A stretch of DNA of 64,000 nt from a virus (lineage: Duplodnaviria; Caudoviricetes), in the IMG/VR virus record IMGVR_UViG_3300037400_006508, positions 32,001 through 96,000 of that record, one strand, 5' to 3'. A model generated the notes under the pieces. That model was not told the origin of the DNA, ran no database searches, and saw only the letters and a program-made list of their open reading frames with translations. Every line of letters begins with the position of its first letter. Within the stretch, counting starts at the first letter, position 1. Positions 54,373 to 61,622 of this stretch are shown in pieces. The translations under genes were made by a program, and so were the position numbers.

Positions 54373-54942
54373 ATGACACGTTACGAAAAGGGATTTCTTG
54401 CAAAGTGCGCGGAGTACGGGCTTCCGTACGAGAACGCGATCGGACTGTTCAAGTCTGCCAAGGTCACTGGACTCATGAGCGACGGAAGGGTCGTCACAAT
54501 AGACCATGGGAAGAAGACGGTAGGCGGCGGCAGGCCGATGCCGTCCTCGGGCGCCGGGTTCGTTTATACCGGTAAGTCCGATCCAAGGACCGTTGCGTCC
54601 GGAGGAGGGAGGTACAGATACGCTCCGGCTTCCTCGCAACCGGGCGCAAAGTTGGCGAAGAGGCAGCCTGACGGGAAGGGCGGATACCGCATGTCCGAGC
54701 CGGAGTGGAGGAAGACGTACGGCAACACGAAGAGACCGAACCTACCGCAGTCCGAGATCGACAGGATCCATGCGAAAAACGTATCGGCCATGAGGAGCGA
54801 TCCGGACTACATCGCCTGGAGCAACAGGGTCGACCGCGGAGTCAGGGAAGATCGCCTGCGTGCCGCCAGGGAGATGAACGAAATGGCTGAGAAGCTTCTA
54901 GCGGCACGCGCCGCGGCCAGGTCCCGTGGCGGAAGGTCGTAG
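54373..54942 (+). CDS. basic Gly/Arg-rich protein with conserved N-terminal leader
   Basis: MTRYEKGFLAKCAEYG...LFKSA. Confidence 0.8.
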   Translation: MTRYEKGFLAKCAEYGLPYENAIGLFKSAKVTGLMSDGRVVTIDHGKKTVGGGRPMPSSGAGFVYTGKSDPRTVASGGGRYRYAPASSQPGAKLAKRQPDGKGGYRMSEPEWRKTYGNTKRPNLPQSEIDRIHAKNVSAMRSDPDYIAWSNRVDRGVREDRLRAAREMNEMAEKLLAARAAARSRGGRS

Positions 54943-54943
54943 G

Positions 54944-55519
54944 ATGACCCCGTACGAGTCCGGCTTCCTGTCCAGGTGCTCCGAACTTGGCGTTCCGGAG
55001 CGCCTTTCGTCGTCTTTGCTGAAGCGTGCGGCCGAGGTCGGTCTGAAGACGAACCTGACCACGCACGTGGACATGCCCTATGTACCTGCCGTCGATACGC
55101 CGGTTCCCGACAACCCTACGCCTCCTCCGTTCGACTGGTCGAAGCTGGAATGGAAGAAAAGGGAGCCGGGCCTCCTGACCCGTATACTGAACGGCAGGAG
55201 AATATCGAAGTATCCTGACTGGAAGGATCGCATGAACAGGGACGTCGAGGAGCACAACAAGGCCGTCAGCGACTGGTACGACGAGGCGTACAAGAAGCTT
55301 CCGCCGTTGCCCGGAGGACCGGTGCAGAAGCTCAGCGACATCTACGATTACGTACGGAGGCGGCATGCTTTCACGCCGCCGACCCATCTTATGAAGGAGC
55401 AGCCGTCCTTCTATTGGGACGACTCTCCGCAGGAATACAGGCCTCCCACGCGGGATGAAAGGTTCAAGGAGTGGAGGTTCCAGAATCCATGGACCCCCGC
55501 TTCCGAGTTCAAGGGGTAG
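54944..55519 (+). CDS. Pro/Trp-rich protein with conserved N-terminal leader
   Basis: MTPYESGFLSRCSELG...LLKRA. Confidence 0.8.
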   Translation: MTPYESGFLSRCSELGVPERLSSSLLKRAAEVGLKTNLTTHVDMPYVPAVDTPVPDNPTPPPFDWSKLEWKKREPGLLTRILNGRRISKYPDWKDRMNRDVEEHNKAVSDWYDEAYKKLPPLPGGPVQKLSDIYDYVRRRHAFTPPTHLMKEQPSFYWDDSPQEYRPPTRDERFKEWRFQNPWTPASEFKG

Positions 55520-55523
55520 CCGG

Positions 55524-58091
55524 ATGTCCGTAAAGTCAGCCCAGATTCCGGTGGACTTCATGGGCTGGGCCCAGGCCCAGGTTCCACATGACGTCGTGTC
55601 GTCCGTCGAGCGCAGCACGCCGGAGAACAAGATCGCGTTCGGTACAGGCAAGGGCGTGAAGGCCGGGTTGTCCCCGGAGGAGGCGAAGCTACGCGCCCTT
55701 CAGCACGAACTGGCGCTAAATCAGCAGGAGAACACGTCCACCGGTCTTGTGTCGGGACGGCCGTACAAGAATCACGAGTTTTTTGCAAGGACCAATATGC
55801 CGGAGAAGGTGTATGTCAATGTAGGCGGGTACGGGGAAGGGGAAGGCAACCCGCTTCTGTTCGGCGGATCGATTTCCCCCAATCCTGTCCTTGATCTGGC
55901 TACACCCGGAAAGATAGCCCCGGAGGACACCCTATCGTTTCAGCAATCGCAGGGAAGGGCGGCACAGAACGCGATAGATCTATTCAGGGCCGCCGGCGTG
56001 CCAGTCGAGTTGTTCGGGCATTCGTACGGAGGCGACACGGCCGCGCACCTGGCCGTTGCGAACCCGGACGTACCGACGCATGCAATAGATCCCGTCAGCA
56101 TGTTCAATCAGGTTCCTTCGGAGAAGAGGCCGTCGAACCTGACCGTGTATCAGCCGTACGGCAGCGCATGGAACGACGTTCCGTACGATTTCATCGCAAC
56201 CGTCGGAAACAAGTACGCCCCGGACAGGAACACCGTTCAGTACGAAGGCGGCCATGTCAAGGGGACAGGGCAGCTTGTCGACAGCATAATAGACGATTCA
56301 ACGGCGAAGCGGACGTCCGATGCCGCGGTTCCGGCGCCATCCGCGGTCGTTCCTCTAAAGAAGGCCGGAAGCGGCCTCGTAGGTCCGCACAACATAGGTT
56401 CCGTATTCATGAAGGCGGCCGCCAGCTATAGATGGGGAGACGCATCTGCAAAACCTATCGTACCGGCCGAGAAGCCGGCGGATCCGCCGGCGCAGCCGAA
56501 AGAAAAAGGATCCGGCGGGTTTTCCCTTTTCGACAATGCCGCTACAAGGGGCATAGCCGATGCGATAAACTGGGGAATCGACACAGGATCCAGGGTCGGA
56601 ACGCGCATGGGGTGGGTCGATCCGGACGCGAACGCAAGAAGGCTGAGGGACAGGGCCGCCCGCCGCGAGGCGGACGAGAACAACGGGGTCGTGACCGGAA
56701 AGTACTACCGCGAAGCCCTGGACAGCGCATTGGACGACTGGAACGCCGGACAGGGCGACAAGGCGTGGACGAGAACGCTTGACGACCATTTCAGGTGGGG
56801 GAACATAACTCCGCAGGAATACTACGGCATGTTGAAGGACCAGTACGGCAAGTATGCGTACATGTTCGGCATGCCGGGGGACATGTCTGCCGATCCTAAC
56901 GGGCAATTCCCGATTACCAGGGACGGGAAGCCGGTCATGGTTCTTGGAAATGGCAAAAACGAGCAAATGGCCGTCGACACCAGGCAGAGGCAGTATGCAT
57001 TCCAGAAGATGCTGGAGGGCGCGGGGCAGCATTTCGCCCATATGAAGGACGGTGATGTCGGATTCTTCGGTCCCTACACCCGTGCGGCTTCGTTCGCCAT
57101 AAACGAGGACAGGTCGTTGCACGATGGACCTTTTGTAGCGAACACCGACAATCTTTCCGATGTATATCCGGCTCCAGGAAGCATGCGGACCGGAAAGCCG
57201 TGGGGGTACAATCTTGCCGATCTTTCAGACAAGGCGAAACAGTTTCGCATGGATCGCGAGCTGGAGTGGTACGATAGACAGCTGGAGGAAAGTCGGAAGC
57301 TTCCGGAGTGGCAACGCGTCCCAGGTCTCGAAGAAAGCATCCTTTCGGCCAAAGAATCGGCAAAAAGGCCATGGGAGAAGTATTTTGTGGAGACCCCGGC
57401 GCGCCTCAAGAGCCTCAGCGACGGAATATCGATGAGAAAATACAATCTTGAAAACGGCGACGGCCTTACGCCGGAGGACAGGGATAGACTGCAATCGGAG
57501 ATAGACTCCATGCAGAAGGAGTACGACAGCCTGTATGAAGGCAGTCGCGAGCAGGATAAGATGGATTGGGCCAGGGTCGGAGACGCCGCCGGATTCGCGG
57601 TACCGTATCTTGCGTTTCCGACGTACGCCATACCGACCTACGGAATAAGCTCGGCTACGCGAAACCTGAACAAAGGAAACTACGCGTCAGCCGTCATGGA
57701 TGCCGCGACGGCGGCCATTCCTTTCGGGGTAGACAGACTCGGAATCAAAAACAAGGTAGGGCAGGTTGCGGCGAATCTCGTTCCGTTCGGCGTTGCGCAG
57801 ACGGCCGGCCCGCTCTTGGACGAGTATTCGTACGGCGGGTACAACGACGCGACTCCGGAGTATCAGGAGGCGATGTCCCGGATACAGAACGACATGCAGA
57901 GGACAAGGGACATATCCTCTCTTGCCGCGATGTTGTCGGGCTATGACCAGATGAGTCCGGAAGACCAGGCCGGTGTATGGAGGATGTTTAACAATCTGAC
58001 GGAATCCGAGATGGATCAGCTGGACGCATTCGTTAACCAAAATGGCGGGAAGATAGACATCCCATGGCGTACCCAGACCTATTTTAAGTAA
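55524..58091 (+). CDS. large putative virion protein with alpha/beta-hydrolase domain and hydrophobic C-terminal helices
   Basis: Nucleophile elbow LFGHSYGG, HAIDPV, GGH; start ATG 55524. Confidence 0.75.
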   Translation: MSVKSAQIPVDFMGWAQAQVPHDVVSSVERSTPENKIAFGTGKGVKAGLSPEEAKLRALQHELALNQQENTSTGLVSGRPYKNHEFFARTNMPEKVYVNVGGYGEGEGNPLLFGGSISPNPVLDLATPGKIAPEDTLSFQQSQGRAAQNAIDLFRAAGVPVELFGHSYGGDTAAHLAVANPDVPTHAIDPVSMFNQVPSEKRPSNLTVYQPYGSAWNDVPYDFIATVGNKYAPDRNTVQYEGGHVKGTGQLVDSIIDDSTAKRTSDAAVPAPSAVVPLKKAGSGLVGPHNIGSVFMKAAASYRWGDASAKPIVPAEKPADPPAQPKEKGSGGFSLFDNAATRGIADAINWGIDTGSRVGTRMGWVDPDANARRLRDRAARREADENNGVVTGKYYREALDSALDDWNAGQGDKAWTRTLDDHFRWGNITPQEYYGMLKDQYGKYAYMFGMPGDMSADPNGQFPITRDGKPVMVLGNGKNEQMAVDTRQRQYAFQKMLEGAGQHFAHMKDGDVGFFGPYTRAASFAINEDRSLHDGPFVANTDNLSDVYPAPGSMRTGKPWGYNLADLSDKAKQFRMDRELEWYDRQLEESRKLPEWQRVPGLEESILSAKESAKRPWEKYFVETPARLKSLSDGISMRKYNLENGDGLTPEDRDRLQSEIDSMQKEYDSLYEGSREQDKMDWARVGDAAGFAVPYLAFPTYAIPTYGISSATRNLNKGNYASAVMDAATAAIPFGVDRLGIKNKVGQVAANLVPFGVAQTAGPLLDEYSYGGYNDATPEYQEAMSRIQNDMQRTRDISSLAAMLSGYDQMSPEDQAGVWRMFNNLTESEMDQLDAFVNQNGGKIDIPWRTQTYFK

Positions 58092-58094
58092 CAG

Positions 58095-58577
58095 ATGGCG
58101 TCCACCTTTTCATCCGTGATACAGCTTCTCCTGTCCGTGTTCGACTTCATAAGGGGCCGGTCGGACAGGAAGCGGAAAAGGCTTGACGTGCTGGAGGACA
58201 GGATAAAGGCGATCCAGCGCGATATTGCAAAAGCCCTGGAAGATGGTAGAATAACCGACGTAGCCACCCTGAGGATGGAGTTGGACGGATTGAAGAAGGA
58301 GTACGACAAGCTTGGAGGAAAACGCGCATCGGTGGCCGCCGCCACCGGCATGCTTCTTTTTTTAGCCATTACGCCGTTTTTGTCCGGATGCTTTTCGACC
58401 AGGTCGGATCCGTCGACCCCGTATGTGGTCGTCGGCGAGAGGATCATAATACTGGAGCCCGGTTCCGAGCTCGTTGTTCCGGAACTGGTTCCTCCGGCGA
58501 AGAAATGGTACCTGATAGACAACATAGGCCTTCAGGTCGGACTTGGCATACCGATGTTACTGGAGAACGACAGATGA
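58095..58577 (+). CDS. coiled-coil protein with internal lipoprotein signal (spanin-like candidate)
   Basis: Heptad region, then KRASVAAATGMLLFLAITPFLSGC lipobox and Pro-rich tail. Confidence 0.55.
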   Translation: MASTFSSVIQLLLSVFDFIRGRSDRKRKRLDVLEDRIKAIQRDIAKALEDGRITDVATLRMELDGLKKEYDKLGGKRASVAAATGMLLFLAITPFLSGCFSTRSDPSTPYVVVGERIIILEPGSELVVPELVPPAKKWYLIDNIGLQVGLGIPMLLENDR

Positions 58578-58930
58578 AGGACTTTTCCGGGCTTCTCAAG
58601 ATCGCCGGTGTCGGATACTCGCCCACGGTGGGCGACTTCATGAACAGATGGAACGGCGACATCAACGCGAATCCGTTCCAGAGGAGCGACGCGTTCAGCC
58701 GGATCAACAACGCCGGGCTCGACGTCAAGCAGCCGGCATCCAGGATACCGTATGTCCTTGGCGGCGGCGTTCTTGGAAGGGCCGCGGCATCATACCTGGG
58801 GGCCAATCCGTTCTGGAAGAACGTAGCCACGGTAGGCGGGGCCATGGTCGGAAATTCCATTTACAAGAAGAACAATCCGGATCCAAGGGCGATGCCGGTC
58901 GCACCAGGAGTGATAAGGAGAGGTTGGTAG
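58574..58930 (+). CDS. glycine-zipper membrane-like putative virion protein
   Basis: LGGGVLGRAAASYLG...VGGAMVG; KIAG near N-terminus. Confidence 0.7.
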   Translation: MKDFSGLLKIAGVGYSPTVGDFMNRWNGDINANPFQRSDAFSRINNAGLDVKQPASRIPYVLGGGVLGRAAASYLGANPFWKNVATVGGAMVGNSIYKKNNPDPRAMPVAPGVIRRGW

Positions 58931-59290
58931 ATGTACAGGATAAACGAGTTCTTGACCCCCAGGGAGAGGGCCGAGGCGATAAGGGTCGGCGCTCTTCGCA
59001 AACTTGCTTCTTTGGGCATGACGCCGTCCGATTTTTCCCGCCAGATGAAAAAATCGGCCCTTGCCGGGGCCGCAGCCGGCGTCGGGGCTGCCGCGGCCGG
59101 CAAGATGGCGCCGCTTCTGTCCCCGAAGACGCTGTTTTCGCTTGCCATCTACCTTGGAATTCCGCTTGGGGCGCTGAGCTACGGCCTAAAGAGCTCGTTC
59201 TCCCCGGAGACAAGCGCAAACAGCGATCTGAAGACCAAGCTTGACGAGATGAACGACATCGTCGAGCAGTACAGGAGGCAGCTCGGCTAA
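58931..59290 (+). CDS. Gly/Ala-rich membrane-like putative virion protein with leader-like segment
   Basis: IRVGALRKLASLGM...MKKSA followed by two hydrophobic segments. Confidence 0.75.
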   Translation: MYRINEFLTPRERAEAIRVGALRKLASLGMTPSDFSRQMKKSALAGAAAGVGAAAAGKMAPLLSPKTLFSLAIYLGIPLGALSYGLKSSFSPETSANSDLKTKLDEMNDIVEQYRRQLG

Positions 59291-59682
59291 TGAACCAGGG
59301 CATGCCGTCGTGGGCCGAGCTGATGGCCCGTATGCCGAAGTCCTCGGTCTTTCCACAGCCCAGCGAGGTTGCGCACGGGCTTGAGACGATCAAGTACAAG
59401 AAGACCCCCGTCGTGGTATCCGAGTACCATGTGGAGGTGTTCGACATGGAGTCGAAGAAGGACAGGGAGGACTACTGCAAGCTGATGCTGGACCTTGCGA
59501 ACAAGGTTCAGAACTCGCAGTGCATGATCGGCAGGCAGGAGCTTGAGAAGATGACTTCCAAGGACGGATCCACCACGTGGAAGAGGTATGTTGAGTGGTT
59601 CGACTACAAGCTGAACGATACCAGCACGACCACGAAGACGGAGGACGAGGAGAAAGATGGAGATGAATCAGAAAATGGCTGA
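59290..59682 (+). CDS. hypothetical protein
   Basis: TAATG overlap. Confidence 0.75.
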   Translation: MNQGMPSWAELMARMPKSSVFPQPSEVAHGLETIKYKKTPVVVSEYHVEVFDMESKKDREDYCKLMLDLANKVQNSQCMIGRQELEKMTSKDGSTTWKRYVEWFDYKLNDTSTTTKTEDEEKDGDESENG

Positions 59683-61621
59683 GTTGGACACGGCCGCCTG
59701 GGCCGAGAGACATCCTGTCCTCGACACGATGGGAAAGGCCGGCCTCACGGGGGCCGGCGTAGCCGCGCTGTCGTCCATCCTGGCTGACTTCATAGAGGCG
59801 AGAAGGCAGGCCAAGAAGCAGCGCGAGCGCGACAAGATGAACAATAGCGAAGACGCCATAGTATTCCATGTGCGCGACGCGTCCGAGAAGGCGGCGGAGG
59901 ACTGTGTCGGGTCGTGCGATTCGCATCCGTGCGAGGATACGAACGTCACCGTCGTTTCCGAGGAGTCCGGAAAGAGCATAAAGTACCAGAACGGATCGGA
60001 CCAGATGCGGGAGACGAACGGCCGTTTCTCCGGTTTTGGGAAGAGCGCCGGGGGGTGGGGAGACGTTCCGGTGGACACGTTGAAGATCCTCGGATCCGTC
60101 GCGGCGTTCCCCGTCGGGTACATGGCCGTGTCCAAGATACACGAGAGGATGGAGAGGAACCGCCTCAAGAAGCAGATCGCCGCGGCGCAGCAGGAGTACA
60201 TAGACCTGCTCGACGGAAGGCGCGAGGAGAAGACCGCCGAGTTCTGCGACATGTTCATGATGGACGATCCGTATCTCGGTACCGGAATCGTAAAGTCCGC
60301 CGAGAAGAACCCGGCCGACTACAACGCGCTAGACAGGGCGGCCGCCTGGGTTGGAAACGGTCTGTCCTCCGTCAACAAGGATGCGCAGAACGTTTCAGCA
60401 GCCACCCTTGCGGCCGCCCTCCTTACTTCGGGAGTGTCCGCATGGGTCGTGCACAAGCTTCTCGCAGAGCGGTTCGACAAGAAGGACAATGACGCGGAGC
60501 CGCGCAGGGACATGAAGATCATGTTCAAGTCCAGTTCCGCGGACGAGCTGGAGATATCGCCGGAGCAGTTCATGGCAACGATAGTCGTGATGCGCGACTG
60601 CATAAGGGATTCGAAGCCAATGTCCAAGGAGGCGCAGTACTATTTCAACCACCCAAAGGCGCAGTATGACGACGAGGCGATGCAGCATGTGCTAAGGACG
60701 TACGCCCATGATAATTTGGGCGTTAAGTACGACAAAGCGAACGATACCGCCCTTCAGGCTAAACTGCTTGTGAGCTCCGGTCTGGCTAAACCAAAGGACA
60801 TAGTGCGGGCCGCAGTGGACGAAAAGGAAGCGGCCCGCCTAAAGTCATTGGCTCCGGACGTCAAGGACAGCGTAATGAACTACATGCTGGCCAATCCCGT
60901 CGGATGGCTTCGCATGATAGGGGCCAAGGAGAACAGGGACATCCTGGAGGCTGCAGTAAACAGGGGTATATCCGATATGCAGGGCAAGGGAGGCTTCATA
61001 GGAACGTTGATGGGCGTTCCGGTCCTCGGAGACGTGATGAAAAGCATCATGAGGTGGTACTCCATGAATACGGAGGCCGGAAGGCGCATGGTTGCCAACA
61101 GGATGCTGGAAGGCGCCGGCATGACGGACGCGGAGGAGAGGAACAGAGTGCTCAGGAACGATATGAATTTCAGCACAGGGTTCAACGCCGCAGATCCTAA
61201 GGCGGTAGTCGGATCGCCCATGGCCGCCAGACCGAAACAGATAGTCGCGCCCCCTCCTCCGCCACAAGTTCAGCCCGGAGCCGGAAACGGCGTGAATCCG
61301 CCCGAGATGAAAACAGATCTGGACACGGCTGGCGCCGGTCCCGGAATGACGGCAAATGCGTCCGCAGGCATGGGAAAGTCGTCTGGCGTCATCGGAGACA
61401 TAAAGTCGAACGTCGACTTCTTCGCGAACATGAAGACCCTTTCCGATATGACGAACAAGGATCTTGGAAGAACTATGAAGAAAACCAAGAAGGGAAAGTC
61501 GTCCAAGAACGAGCCGCAGGTCGAAGTGGACTTCGACAATGTTCTCATGGAGCACCTTACCGACGAGCAGCGCAGGAGGCTGTACGAAATAGCTGCGAGG
61601 ATAGCGGCCAAGAGGAAGTAG
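59657..61621 (+). CDS. large putative virion protein with several hydrophobic helices separated by K-x-A motifs
   Basis: KMAE, KAAE, KSAG, KTAE, KSAE, KEAQ motifs; 3-4 Gly/Ala-rich hydrophobic helices. Confidence 0.75.
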   Translation: MEMNQKMAELDTAAWAERHPVLDTMGKAGLTGAGVAALSSILADFIEARRQAKKQRERDKMNNSEDAIVFHVRDASEKAAEDCVGSCDSHPCEDTNVTVVSEESGKSIKYQNGSDQMRETNGRFSGFGKSAGGWGDVPVDTLKILGSVAAFPVGYMAVSKIHERMERNRLKKQIAAAQQEYIDLLDGRREEKTAEFCDMFMMDDPYLGTGIVKSAEKNPADYNALDRAAAWVGNGLSSVNKDAQNVSAATLAAALLTSGVSAWVVHKLLAERFDKKDNDAEPRRDMKIMFKSSSADELEISPEQFMATIVVMRDCIRDSKPMSKEAQYYFNHPKAQYDDEAMQHVLRTYAHDNLGVKYDKANDTALQAKLLVSSGLAKPKDIVRAAVDEKEAARLKSLAPDVKDSVMNYMLANPVGWLRMIGAKENRDILEAAVNRGISDMQGKGGFIGTLMGVPVLGDVMKSIMRWYSMNTEAGRRMVANRMLEGAGMTDAEERNRVLRNDMNFSTGFNAADPKAVVGSPMAARPKQIVAPPPPPQVQPGAGNGVNPPEMKTDLDTAGAGPGMTANASAGMGKSSGVIGDIKSNVDFFANMKTLSDMTNKDLGRTMKKTKKGKSSKNEPQVEVDFDNVLMEHLTDEQRRRLYEIAARIAAKRK

Positions 61622-61622
61622 G

